From Selaginella moellendorffii (lineage: Eukaryota > Plantae > Lycopodiophyta), in contig NW_003314329.1 in assembly GCF_000143415.4 (NCBI RefSeq), positions 453,421 through 517,420 of the forward strand: 64,000 nt of DNA, read 5' to 3'. A program made the position numbers and the translations under genes. Numbering within the stretch: position 1 is the first letter of the stretch; the number at the start of each line of letters is the position of its first letter. Shown one piece after another: positions 1-12,732 of the stretch. Below the pieces are notes generated by a model. That model was not told where the DNA came from. It was given only the letters and a program-made list of their open reading frames with translations, and did not search any database.

Positions 1-469
1 CTAAAGAAATAAGTATCCACTATTCTGAATTTGGTTTTGTTTCCTCAAAATCTAAATGTTACAAGAGCGAAGGAGTAGGTTTTCCATTGGCTTGTTATCA
101 TCTTCAATAGTGTAAGTCTTTTATTTATTCATAATATCGTTTAGTTACTAACTCTGAACATCCTTTGCTAGGATAAGGATGAAGAGCATATTGATGAAGT
201 GGTATTATTTTTGAGGTTCTTTATAACAATTGCAATGCAAGACTAGTGCGAATCACAAAGCAGTATAGTCGTGAGGAGCTGTCATACCATACAAAAAAAT
301 AGTCTCGTGTTCGATCCAAAAAAGCTCTAATCTTTAAAAAAGTAGCAAAAAATATGAAAAAATGGCGACTTAATCCTAGTTTTACGGTTTCTGTATGACC
401 CAACTTTTATGGGCAGCAGGTTTTCCAAGGAGAAAAGGCTGGTGGGGGAATATGTCAACATGCAGTCTT

Positions 470-1435
470 GACTGAGAAACGAAAGCTCCATAACAGCAGC
501 CAGCTACTCTTGCTTTTACCTCGACGCAGTGCTACATTCAACGAGGTATGTCTCCCGTTTTCCTTTCTTATTTTTGTGAATTCGCTTAAATATTTGTGTC
601 CAGGGCCAGGGAGCTCAAAGTGCTAAATCCGGAAGACTATCCGCACAGTGCCTCCTGAGTTTCAAGAGGACCTTTCTGAAAAAGATCTGCGCGTCATTCC
701 TCATGGAACTTGGTTCGAGTATCCATTTGAATGGCTCATCTCCTTGATCTGATGGTCTTGCGCTTTCTGTTTCAGCTCAATCTCGAACGTGGCTTTTGCA
801 AAAATGTGTGAGTTTGACCTCAAGAGCATCCTGTCGGGGGAGCCCGTGGCCAGGGAAAGGGTGTGCCAAGCTCATATACTTATCGACAAGGTCTGGCCAA
901 CTCCAAAGGAGGTGTACATTGCTTTGGTTCAGAGGTACTCTTTACATCATCAATTCTATTGCCACCTTGACATTGTCATTTGTGCTTTAGTGTCATGGAA
1001 GGTCCCAGCAGCGTCAGGGAGGTTTCCAAGAGCAAGAGGGATGCCCACCACCGAGGGTAGCTTAACTTTTTGTTCATAACAGTGTAAATGCAGTGATCAC
1101 AGGCCCTCTGTTGTGTGCAGAAGTGCTGTGGACAGTTTCCGGGAATCTGATGGCCACAGGTGCACTTTTTGTTGGCTTTTCTAACGACATGTTGTGCAGC
1201 TTGGAAGATGCCGAGCCTGAGATTTTCAAGAAAAAACAGAGGAAAGCGAACGATTCAGGTACTTCTCCTTCAGTGTTAAGATTAAAGGGGGGACATTCAC
1301 AGTGCTCTCAGGAGCAACAAAACGCTCAAAGTTTATGATGAAGGATCAAGCGCCAGTAAGCTCTGCTGCAGGTGCAGCAATGAAGGCCCAGCTCTGAGTT
1401 ATCTGCATTGCCTTTTTAGTGATCTTGGAGTCAAG
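470..1435 (+). pseudogene. Partial copy (A) of an unknown multi-exon plant gene; inverted duplicate of 9367-10490
   Basis: ORFs 789-1079 and 1093-1338 are near-identical to minus-strand ORFs 9814-10041 and 9367-9717 (MCEFDLKSIL.GEPVARERVCQAHILIDKVWPTPKEVY...). The 5' exons are missing. Confidence 0.75.
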
Positions 1436-2075
1436 CCCAATAAAAGGAAAGGATAACTTTTTTTCTATAGAGATATTTGGTATATTCCAGGATATTCGTC
1501 AGTTATTAACTAAACATAAAACTGTTTAATTAAATTAATAAATAGGAATAATAATGGCTCATTTTATTTGTTAAAACATTCTAGGAATACTTTGACTTGG
1601 TCAATATAGGCCAGCTTAGCCACTCTCATGTTTCTAATTGAGAGAGTAGCTGTTAATAAATCGGGAACATGTTTGCAATGTAAACATCACTTTTTATTCC
1701 AATTTCAAGTCCAAACTTAGCTACTGAAAGTTATGTATTTTGCACTTATCCCTTTAAAGGACTAAACCATCTATTTCAACCATAAACATGGGAACATTAT
1801 TAAAGAGAATATGCTCTAGATATGAATATTGAAATACCACTCGATTGAGGAAGAAATATTCAATAACAGTTATAGATGCCCTAGCAAGAGCACTAATTTC
1901 CACCTACTGAGTCAAGTAGTCAAAAGTAATAATGATGTATTTATTGTTAATAATCAACCATGGAAAATGTCCTATTAAATCAATGCCACTAACTAAAATA
2001 GGTGGAAAATTGCAATTAACTCCAACTATCCTTCCACAACACGAGGAGGAGTATTATGAGTTTGACACTAAACAC

Positions 2076-2080
<5 letters not shown>

Positions 2081-2133
<53 letters not shown>
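2081..2133. repeat. (TA)n microsatellite, ~26 units
   Basis: Uninterrupted TA run seen directly. Confidence 0.98.
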
Positions 2134-2137
<4 letters not shown>

Positions 2138-4024
2138 TAACATTATAACTTCTTTAGCTAATAGAAAAACTTGTGCAGCTTTTCAATCACATGACAATAT
2201 CTCATGTCTCTACCTAAAATAGAAGAGTTATAGTAAGTGTAGAGAAAACGTGGAATAAATATTCAAAACACCACCAATTGCAAATAGTTATTAGGATCAA
2301 TCCCCATAAAATAAAGAAGGTTGTCTTTAAGGTGATTTTGAAAATATAAATGCTGAAATGGCAAGTTATCAACAAATAATGTATGATTCTTAAACCTATC
2401 ATAAAACTTTCAAATCCATAACTTAACCTTTAAACCTTATAAACCTTGTCAAGAGAAAGTAAATCTAGATCTACATCTTATAAATACTAAATATCAAATA
2501 TAGTGAATGTTGATGGTATGGAATCCTCATCTAAAAAATCCATTGATACTAAAGTAATAGGCTCATAAAAAATATGAGAAAAGAGTAAAGAAGGGATAGG
2601 AGTTTAAAAAAGGCCATCAATGTTATGAGAACTGTGAATGAGCATTTGCAGATCTTAAAAAGGTGTTGACAACTCTTCTAATTTTGGCATATCTTGATTA
2701 CACTTGACTTTTCATCTTGTGAATGGATGCTTTTAAAAATCATGTTAGAGGTTGATGCAAGAGACCATAAATGTACCTAGTCAATATCATCCTATCATAT
2801 ACATCAATCATAAATTACAATTAATAAAAATGAATCACTCCACAATAAAGAAAGAGTGGTTAGTAGTAGTTTAAGGTTTTGAGAAACTTCATGTATACTT
2901 ACATGGTTCTTTACATTGTTAAGGGGTATGATCACTTCATTATTAAAGTAGAAGAAATTAGTTGGTTGTATAGTTTAGTGGGTTTTAAAGTTTCAAATAT
3001 ATAACTTTGAGGTCATTTATCATTTAGGAAATGTTATGGCTAGATTGGTATAATTGCATATATCATGGAGGTATAGAATTTAGTTGTGCTTCATTATATA
3101 AATTTATATATAGTTATGATCCAATATTGCAAATAGAGTTGAGTTTACCTTCACGATTATCATGAGTTATTGATGTTAAGTCTTAGGATCAATATTTTAC
3201 ATCCAGTGGTTTGAGTAGAGTCTATTAAACATTTGAGCTGCATATAAATGGGATAATAGTGGTGCTACAACTCTTATCATTATTCATATATAAAGTACAA
3301 AATAAATAATTTAGTGTTGTTTTCTTTTCTCAATCTTATGGTATATGGTTTATTTAAGAAGCTCCTTGCTTAGTGGAAGGGATTGCAAATTGGATTGCAA
3401 AGTTATAAAGTTCAGCATAATATTCAACAGTTTAATCCTCTAAATTTTTTACATATGCAACAACTTAAGCATTTCATATAAAAGGATCAATAAAACACTA
3501 CACCACTTATAAAGTTACTAGTGCCTCCTAATGTTTTTTTAAATCTCAGTTTATCAACTAAGGGACTATAATTGTCTTCTATAATATGAGGTTTAAATAT
3601 ATATTTACAATGTAAAATATTAATATTAACATAGTGGGATTTTGATAAGTATTGATCACTCTTATATATAAGTTAATTAAATATATATATTTCTTAAAAT
3701 TTTAACTAAAAAGAATATGTATTATAATAAAATTTTCTTCCTATTTTTAGTTATATTAGTTATATATTATCATTTATATTTTGTTGGAAAAATTAATAAA
3801 AGTTAAAAATAAACCTTTTAAATATACTCAGGTTAATTTAATATTCTAAAAGTTATTTAACAACTTGCCAAAACACTAAAAAATTCACCTCTAAACCTTG
3901 TCATCACCTTAAATACATAGGCGGCTGTCTAGTAGTATTCTGCCAACATTCAAAGCAGTGAGCGGGTATTTGAATCAATGACATGGGAAGATTTGATGTT
4001 TAGGGCTTCTAGAAAAACTACATT

Positions 4025-4625
4025 TGTCCTTGCCAACCTTGGTAAACTTGTCAATCTGTGCTATGCTTGAGTCCCTTCAGCAATTGCCCACACAACCAGT
4101 GATTGTCCTCTTCAACAGTCACCAGCAGCAAAGACACCATTGACATTTGTAGTAAATTTGCCATAAATGTGTTTGTGTGCCACTTTGAACTTCTCCTTTG
4201 CCTTGACTCTTACCAGTAGGCAAGGATTCCCTGGTGCACGAGTTGCCAGGGAGTAGCTCTATGATCGAGACCAACTCTTCGAATGTCACTGTGGTGAACA
4301 TATCATCCCACTCCAACCAAGGGCCTGAGAAGAACAAAATCCATCAATGGTCTTGCAGCTGTGATGAAACTGCAGTACCGATGCAATGTGTTCCTGTATC
4401 ACCTGACCTATCACGACCACCTTCTTGCCTTTAGCAGATATATAGTTAAGTTTTTCATATTCGCGTGCGGCAAAATGCCTGTGCTCATACTCTCGGCCTT
4501 CTACTTTGAAAAACAAATGGAAACAAATGGAAGAAGGCAGAGCTCGAAGAAGGAAAGAGTTCTGTACCTTGCCTTGGTATAGTTCTCCACTGACAATAGC
4601 TGGTCGACTCCCACCTTCAAATTAA
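4025..4625 (-). pseudogene. NADH-dependent glutamate synthase (GOGAT) C-terminal/beta-domain fragment
   Basis: NYISAKGKKVVVIG, ELLP and GQSLVVWAI motifs spread over several frames. Inverted copy of ~8110-8675. Confidence 0.8.
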
Positions 4626-4629
4626 CAAC

Positions 4630-6017
4630 TAGTTAGGGAGCCTGGACTCACTTCCATTCTTACAGCTAATATTCCATCGAAGTGTCTGCTTGAAGGAGGA
4701 TTGAGCTGGAACGCGTGCACATACCTCATTTAGCTGTGGCCACTGAGTTGCACAGCTAATAAGCTCGAGTCGGAGGATATCAACCATGCTCTTTCCTGAA
4801 GAACTATGTAAGGCTCGCAAAAAAAGTCCCAGCAGCTCAGTGAGTAGAAAGAAAAGTTACTGCTCTTGATTACTTCCAGTAATTACAAATGCAACTATTC
4901 TACATTGCTAGGATATAATTCCGGATGGGTTTCACGGACGTTTGAGGACACCCAGTCAAGAAAACTGTCATAGTTTTCGATGTCATCAAACTGGCCTATT
5001 CCCACTGCTTGATTTGTTACTTCGTCAGTGTAGAAGACCAGCCGCCAGAGATTCTTACTGACTTCCATGTAGAGAGTGAGCATGTGATCACATGCAAAGT
5101 GGATCACACTAGCTCTGGCCTGATGATGTTTACGCTTTGAAAACCGCACTTGCTGATCTTCAGGCATCTCCTTAATATGTTGCTTGTGAACTTTGATTGT
5201 CTGGTTCCTGAGATGTTGATCCTGTAAATACTGTCTCCACTTCTGTTGCATGTCCGAAGGGACTGCAAAGCTATATACAAAAGCATTATGGCAGCAAGTA
5301 AGAGATGAAGTATCTTACCGGGCAAACTTTCTTGGCAGCTGGTTGTTTGTCAAGAACGTCATTCTGCTGCAGTCACGAAGCATATCCGGGCACCATTGTA
5401 CTGCTTGCGCCGCAGTAAACGATCTCCGGTGAGGATCATTAACAAGCAATTTGTCTGGTTCTCGCTGGATGAAATAATCCAGCGTGTAGTCGAACTAAGA
5501 TGCAAACAGTCACCATATGGCATGGAAGATTAGACAAAAAACAGACTAGCACCTTCTCATGCTTGGGAGGTCCACTGCTGGAAGCATCGCCCCCTCCCAG
5601 CCGCATCCTCTTCTTAGATGGTTTGCCCTGTTGTAAAATGGGTATATAACTTGAGAGGATGAAATGCAGCCATACCTGGTGGACGATCTGAGATTGAGGA
5701 TTCAAAGGTCCACTACTAGAAGCATCACCGCCACCCATCCACACCCTCTTGCTAGACGGTTTACCCTGCAAAATGGGAAAGGAGTGATTTCTACATGGGC
5801 TTCGCAACAGCGAGAATACCTGGTCGAGCTGAGACTGAGGCTGCGCATTTGGAGGTCCACTAGAGGCATCACCCCCTCCCAGCTGCGACTGTTCACCCTG
5901 CGAAATCCATGCGAAAAGTGTGATCTCGATCTCTACGTGCATTCACTGGCAAGAATGAAATGCAGCCATACCTGGTCCACCTTCTTTCTCTTATTTCTCT
6001 TCCTTCTCCTTGCCATG
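4630..6017 (-). CDS. Unknown multi-exon gene or pseudogene with a basic N-terminus (MARRRKRNKRKK) and three tandem exon-intron repeats
   Basis: GT..AG-bounded short exons encode repeated GGGDASSSGP. The downstream exon ORF is 4895-5251. No recognisable domain, and intactness is not established. Confidence 0.45.
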
Positions 6018-6440
6018 GCAGCAGTGGGTGGAGAGCAGGATCAGAACGCTGGAACTTGAAAGATGCCGCTAGAGCTCATCCTCGCAATCTCTCTATCTGG
6101 CAATCAAGACGCTCCCGATGATTAAATCGCGGAGAGAGAGAGAGAGATCGTGCACACACAAACCTGGCGATCCGCGTGATCGATCAAAGATCGTAGAACA
6201 AGAATCGCCGCTCTCCAGCGATCGCCCTGACCTAGATGCCGATAGAAAGCTGTGGGCGGCTGGCCGTGCAGTCGTGATCGTCGATAAAAGAGGAATCGAA
6301 CCACCACAAATCGATCTGGTTATGATGGAGCAAAATTCGAATTTGTACAGCTGGGTCACTAGATACATGAATCCATTCCAATCCGTCGATGAAGTAGCCC
6401 TCTAGTTCGTTAGAGGTCACCATCCGCTAAAACGTGGCGT
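5990..6440 (-). repeat. 5' leader/promoter module of the 4630-6017 gene, duplicated in inverted orientation at ~8800-9152
   Basis: 6093-6368(-) and 8775-9047(+) share SGRSLE.GDSCSTI..R...PGLC. Both run into aaggagaaggaagagaaataag. Confidence 0.75.
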
Positions 6441-6765
6441 CCAACAGATGGACACCTCCATTCTCATGGTTTTGTCCTTTGCTGTGTGTATATCCTCATC
6501 GTTCTTCCCGGACCAAAATAAGCTTTGATCGATATGCACCAGCGCCGATGCAACGAGAGAAACCGCGGGATATTTGAATCGATGACGGTCGTCTGTTCAA
6601 ATGCCACGTGGACGAATATATTTTTAAAGAGAATATTCGTGGAATAAATACTAGATTGAGCTATATTAATATTCTGCCAAATAATAATAATAATTAATAA
6701 TAGAAATAATTAAAGAAACTACATCGTCCAAAATGAAAACAGTGCTTAAAGGCAAATCGTTTTTA

Positions 6766-6799
6766 TGCGATGAGCGTGGATCGAACACACGACCTTCAG
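6766..6799 (-). pseudogene. tRNA-Phe 3' half fragment (variable loop, T-arm, acceptor 3' strand)
   Basis: Reverse complement CTGAAGGTCGTGTGTTCGATCCACGCTCATCGCA matches the 3' end of plant cytosolic tRNA-Phe (...CTGAAGGTCGCGTGTTCGATCCACGCTCACCGCA, from memory) with 2 mismatches. No D-arm. Confidence 0.8.
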
Positions 6800-7954
6800 G
6801 CAGTTGGGTTTATAGTTTAAGTTAGCGCGAGCTGCTCGACCAGCGCCACGCTTCTCGGCTTAGCTGATTTTCTCCATGGCCAAATAAAGACCTAACCCTT
6901 ATGCTCGATGCCAATCGCGTGTCTCGGACAAGCCAGGTTACTTGGTTTTTCTCCATGGCTAGAATCCATAGCATTCCAGCAAGCTAGAGTTTAGTTCTTC
7001 CCATTCTTTTGTCCTGGATTTTCGAATGCATGGCTAGCGAGTACGTTCGAGAGCACGGGATTTCGCTGGCGATTATCCGAGAACAAAGCTCTGGATTCTC
7101 TCCAAACGAGCTCGTGGAAATTCTGAGGTTGGTTTCACGCTTTTCTTTTCCTAGAAGATTTATCTTTATCTGTGATGAACATTCGCAGGCATCAAGGAGT
7201 GGATTTCGTGCTGCTGGCCGGCTACTTAAAGTTGATACAAAAGAACTCGTGGAAGCGTTTCCTCGAGCGCGCTCCTCCCGGCTTTTGGAGGCAAAGGTTT
7301 CTACGGAATCAAAGTCCACGAGGATCTCGGCGCTCGGTAACTTCTATCTTTCATCAATTGCTTGCAACAAGAGACGGACACGCCACAAGGAGTGTTGGAG
7401 CAAGTACGTGGTTTGATCGTTCTTTAGCCTCGATTGGTTTTTCGATGCGATTTGCTACCAACAGGGGCACGCACTGTATGTGGAAGTTGTGGCTGCACTC
7501 TGCGAAGAAAGGATTGAATGGAGTGGTGATGGAGTCCCTCGCATGCGCAAAAAAGAACTAGCTTGTATTTCGATCTTTCTATACCATTTTCCATAACAAG
7601 CATATGCATCTGCAGGCCAATTACCCCGCACTACAAAAGAGCTCTCAACGAGGACAAGGCCAAGAAAAGAGCGCCAGAGGAGCGAGCCGGTGTGGATGCT
7701 TGCCAGGAAGGGTGCAGTAGTCGAGGTAGAATTGAATGATTATTTCGCCTGCAACTCTGACGTGTTCGCTTTGTTTTAAGTCTTAGGCCCAATCGCACCC
7801 AACAAAAATTCCCGACGCAGTGACGCATCGGGGATATTTCTTGTATGGATGAGAAACGCTTCCATATCGCTCGGCCCAGGAACGAACGGAAGACTGGAAC
7901 CGGGACGTGTGTGCCCAGTTTTCACGTCGTTGGTTTCTCACGTCATTGTCTCTA

Positions 7955-8675
7955 GTGGCGATTGTAGGTAGCGGTCCGGCAGGCCTTGCTAATCAGCTCA
8001 ATAAGGCCGGACACTCCGTGACAGTGTTTGAGAGAGCAGATAGTATCGGAGGTCTTCGGTGTGCAGAACATGAAGACCGACAAAGCAGAGGTCGTGCAAC
8101 GGCGAGTTAACCGCAATGTGGGAGTCGACCAGCTATTTTTGGTGGAGAACTTGTTAGCTACCAACGCAAGGTATGAAACTCTTGGAACTCTGACCATTTG
8201 TTTTTCAAAGTAGAAGGCCGAGAATACGAGCGCATACATTTTGCCGCACATGAATATGAAGAGCTTACTTGATTCGGAGCTTAAAGATGGTAACTACATA
8301 TTCGCCAAAGGTGAGAAGGTCGTGGTGATAGTTGGGCTGATACATTCACACATTGCATCAGTACTGCAGTTTGTCACTGCTGCAAGAGTGTTGATGGATT
8401 TTTTTTCTTAGTTAGTCTCGATCATAGAGCTACTCCCTGGCAACTCATGCACCAGGGAATCCTTGGTAAGAATCATGAATTTTTTGTGTTGTGGGCACGC
8501 CGAGGCAAAAGGAGAAGTTTGATTGAGAAACTCAAATTGGCACACAACCACATTTAAAGCTGAGTATGCCAAATTTGCTGCAAATGTCAAGGGTGTCTTT
8601 GTTGCTAGTGACTGTCTAAGAGGACAATCGCTGGTTGTGTGGGCAATTGCCGAAGGGAGACAAGCGATTGACATT
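7955..8675 (+). pseudogene. NADH-GOGAT C-terminal fragment with deletions and frameshifts
   Basis: [85 protein letters not shown]. Confidence 0.9.
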
Positions 8676-9366
8676 TACCACAATGCCTTTGACCTATTTT
8701 TTTCCAATATAACTACAAATCCTAAACAGGATATTCGTCGAATCTTAACGTCGGAAGAATAACCAGACAGTAATTTGGTGCTTTGGAGAAATCGGGTAGC
8801 CACGTTTTACCGGGATGGTACCCCTAACGAACTACGGCGGCCGACTAGAATGGAATCATATCCAGATCCACATTTTCAAGTTTTGCTCAATAACCAGATC
8901 TATCGACGATCACGACTATCTATCGGTATCTATAGGTCAGGGCGATCGTTGGAGGGCGGCGATTCTTGTTCTACGATCATCGCGCGGCCAGGTTTGTGTG
9001 CACGCACGATCTTTCTCTCTGTCTCTCTCTCAAGTGTCGCGATTTAATCGGGAGCGCCTAATACCGCATGCTTGTTGATCGCCAGCTCCAGCGGCATCTC
9101 TTAAGTTCGGGCGCTCTGATCCTGCTCTCCAAGGAGAAGGAAGAGAAATAAGGTCACTTCCACGAGTTTTGGTAGCCGGCCAGCAGCACAAAATCCACTC
9201 CTTGATATTTTCGATCACAGATAAAGATAAATGCTTACAGTAGGTTGAGATCAATCAGATGAGACTTACTGCTGGAATTGGAATGTAAAGTGTTGCCAGA
9301 TTTACTAACAGCAACAATTATGTATATGCTTTAAGATAAGAAACTCATTTTATTTAATTATCTGGG

Positions 9367-11356
9367 CTAAAGATGTCCAAGAAACCTGAGACTCACTAAA
9401 AAGCAATGCAGGTAACTCAGATTCATTGCTGCCGACCTCATGTGCGTAGAGCAGCGGAGCATACTGGCGGTTGATCCTTCATCATAAACTTTGAGCGTTT
9501 TGTTGCTCCTGAAAGCATTGTGAATGTCCCCCTTTAATCTTAACACTGACGGAGCAGTACCTGAATCGTTCGCTTTCCTCCGTTTTTTCTTGAAAATCTC
9601 GGGCTCGGCATCTTCCCTGCACAACACGTCGTTAGAAAAGCCAACAAAACTGTGATAAAAAAAAGTGCACCTATGGCCATCCGATTCTCGGAAACTGTCC
9701 GCAGCACTTCTGCACACAGCAGAGGGCCTGTAATCGCTGCATTAACACTGTTATGAACAAAAAGTTGAATTACCTTCGGTGGTGGGCATCCCTCTTGCTC
9801 TTGGAAACCTGCCTCACGCTGCTGGGACCTTCCATGACACTAAAGCACAAATGACAATGTCAAGGTGGCGATCGAATTGATGATGCATAGAGTACCTCTG
9901 AACCAAAGCCTCGTACACCTCCTTTGGAGTTGGCCAGACCTTGTCGATAAGTATATGAGCTTGGCACACCCTTTCCCTGGCCACGGGCTCCCCCAACAGG
10001 ATGCTCTTGAGGTCAAACTCACACATTCTTGCAAAAACCACGTTCGACTTTGAGCTGAGACAGAAAGCGCAAGATCACCAGATCAAGGAGATGAGCGATT
10101 CAAATGCACTTGCATAGTATACATACCCGAACGAAGTTCCATGAGGAATGATGCGAAACACGCGCAGATCTTTTTCAGAAAGGTCCTCTTGAAACTCAGG
10201 AGGGACTGTGTCCGGATAGTCTTCCGGGGTGAGCACTTTGACCTCCCCGGCCCTGGACACAAATATTTAAGCGAATTCACAAAGATAAGAAAAGAAAACG
10301 GGAGACATACGTCGTTGAATGTAGCACCGCGTCGAGGTAAAAGCTCCTGAACGACTTGTCTATGGGAGAAGGATTGCGAAGCATGTACCTGAACGCAAGG
10401 AAACCAAGACAAAGATAGTAAGGATAGAAGCAGAAACTGGGTTTACCAGAGTAGCTGGCTGCTGTCATGGAGCTTTTGTTTCTCAGTCACTGAAGCCTTT
10501 GCTGCTGCTTTGAGTTCAGCATCTGTAGCAGACAGAGAAGATAATGATAAACCAAAGCGCGCCATACTTACAGTTGAAGGAGCAGCCATAGAAAATATTC
10601 GCCTCTGCTTCTAGCAACATGAGCCGAGCATGCGCAACCGCATCTTCCACTTTCTCCCGGTGTGTTAGAACGTCTGGAAGAAGGCAAGGCACAAGCAAGT
10701 CCTCGATAAACGGTTCGGACTTGATGCTGCAGAGGAGCAGCTCCAGCTCTTGGTGGCTGAGTTTGCCGTAGCTTGGTGATGACTGCCGTTCAACCATTTG
10801 GACTATATCATACGAGAGGGCCTCGTAAACGGCTTGAGCTCGTTCACCAAACTTTTCACTTGAAAGATCCATCTACATGAATTGGTAAGAGACACAAAAC
10901 AGAAACAAGAGGAGACACTCACCGTTTTGCGCTGAGCAAAGCGAAAAGACAGCAAAGCATCGCTGATCCTTTGAGTCGCATCTTCTACAGAAACATGAAT
11001 AAGTTCAGTTCCACGATAAAACCACACAAACCCGATTCCAGAAAACGTCGAGCGAGTTGAGGGCTGCATGGGTCCTGGAGGATGTGGCGAGCAGTCTGGA
11101 AAACCTCTTCGGAGATGAAATCTTGGAAGAGATCCCAGTGTTGGTGGATGTAGAGCAAACCCAGTAAATGGGCCAAGTCTGGATCCTGAGCCACTGCATC
11201 GTACCTCGTGTTGACATATTGCCCCACCAGCCTCTTCTCCTTGGAAAACCTGCTGAGCTTGTCATACTCATTACTTATCTTGCTTAATGTCTTGAGACCC
11301 TTTCTTGATATCCGAGAACGCCGCTCCGACTCGACCCCCAGGTTTTCCATTCCCAT
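9367..11356 (-). pseudogene. Most complete copy (B) of the unknown multi-exon gene (about 8-9 exons, short introns)
   Basis: Exon-like ORFs 10985-11356, 10516-10872, 10075-10260, 9814-10041 and 9367-9717 are separated by ~50-60 bp GT-AG introns. A TGA at 9814-9816 stands where copy A has TCA (VPAA*GRF vs VPAASGRF). Confidence 0.6.
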
Positions 11357-11370
11357 TAGGGCTCAAGGAA

Positions 11371-11408
11371 GTGAGCGTGGATCGAACACGCGACCTTCAG
11401 AACTTCAG
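11371..11408 (-). pseudogene. tRNA-Phe(GAA) fragment from the anticodon loop to the acceptor 3' strand
   Basis: Reverse complement CTGAAGTTCTGAAGGTCGCGTGTTCGATCCACGCTCAC has 1 mismatch to the recalled plant tRNA-Phe. The 5' half is absent. Confidence 0.85.
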
Positions 11409-11613
11409 CTTCATAAAGGCGTAAACTCTAAGCCCGGCTTGCTCAAAATGAAAGAATATTCGTTGTATTAGCACGAAAACTCCCTTGAAAGGACATTGTC
11501 TTTTAGATACGCGTATGGTTTTATGGTCAGATCTTTTGTAGGCCACACTTAAGATCCTTCTCATGCCCTGGCAGCTCCAGCGGGAACTCGAAGAATTTTT
11601 TGTTTTCACAGGC

Positions 11614-12060
11614 TCACAAGTTGGTCAAGGACATAGGACACATGGTGGCGGTGGAAGTAACGGTTGAAAGTCCAGGGTCCAGATCAAACTTGTCACCCTC
11701 GGGAAGTGGGCGATTGCACGACGCCTTGACGCCGAGATCGTTGCACTCCAGCTGCATTCGCATGTCCTCGCGGACGGAAATCCGGCCAGTGACAGGGTAG
11801 AACTCTGACAGTGCCGCCGCCAAAGACTGTTTCATGTGGGAGATGATCGTCGAAAAAGGTGGCGAGGCTGCCTTAAGAAGAGGAACGACACTGGCCGAAC
11901 GAGTGATGAAAACCATATATGAATGGTACAGGTACGTGGTTTTTTTTCCAGTTTTTTATACTATCACCTGATGAGCCGATGGAGCGATGGGAGGTATAAA
12001 CCGTCCTGGAACCTGGACGGGAATGTAGTTGTCAAGGCTGCAAGAGCGCTGTAGAGTTAC
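11614..12060 (-). pseudogene. BAHD acyltransferase N-terminal fragment
   Basis: KQSLAAALSEFYPVTGRI....LECNDLGV matches the BAHD N-terminal L..aL..FYP.AGR....I.CN..GV motif. No HxxxD or DFGWG follows. Confidence 0.75.
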
Positions 12061-12099
12061 TCCCTCAGCCTCCTGCAAGTCGTGCACCAGGAAATCTTG

Positions 12100-12230
12100 T
12101 GCTGCTGGTGACTGTCGAAGAGGACAATTGGTGGGCGATTGCCGAAGGCAAGCGGCAGCACAGATTGACAAGTTTATGGAAGACACTTCCAAGGTTGGCG
12201 AGGAGCTCAAGGCTGCTCGGAAGATGTTGA
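12100..12230 (+). pseudogene. Third NADH-GOGAT extreme C-terminal fragment
   Basis: AAGDCRRGQ...RQAAAQIDKF. Confidence 0.75.
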
Positions 12231-12345
12231 TATAAAATGGATATCTGTGGTTGGGTTTTATCCTAATTAAATGAGTAGTTGTTTTTCTTCTGGACAACCG
12301 TCCTTTTATACTAGCTGTCGTTCGGCTTGAGCTACAAAAGAAACA

Positions 12346-12732
12346 TGAGACTCACTAAAAAAGCAATGCAGAGAACTCAGAGCTTGGACTTCATTGCTGC
12401 CAACCTCATGTGCGTAGAGCAGCACTGCTTGATCCTTGAGCGTTTTTGTTGCTCCTGTGAATGTCCCCCTTTAATTAACAATGAAAGTGAAGTACCTGAA
12501 TCCTCAATTTTTTCTTGAAAATCTCAGGCTGGGTGCACAACATGTCGTTAAAAAAGCGAATAAAACTGTGACAAAACAGTGCACCTGTGGCCAGCAGTAC
12601 TGTGGCTTGCATTAGCACATTATAAACAAAAAGTTAATTACCTTCAATAGTGGGCATCCCTCTTGCTCTTGGAAACGTGCCTCACACTGCTGGGACCCTT
12701 CCATAACATTGAAGCACAATTGACAATGTCAA
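12346..12732 (-). pseudogene. Degraded copy (C) of the 3' part of the unknown gene, cut by a Gypsy LTR at 12733
   Basis: Colinear with ~9388-9862 (gagactcactaaaaagcaatgcag ... tgacaatgtcaa). Confidence 0.75.

Noticed and set aside
1932-2222. ORF with a YI repeat
   Set aside because: It is the translation of the TA microsatellite in AT-rich degenerate DNA.
1560-3400. Possible Gypsy RNase H remnant (DALAR-like at ~1875)
   Set aside because: Too degenerate to support boundaries or identity.
6766-6799. Functional or split tRNA-Phe gene
   Set aside because: No convincing 5' half or A-box found near either fragment. ttaccccgc at ~7621 is too short to count.
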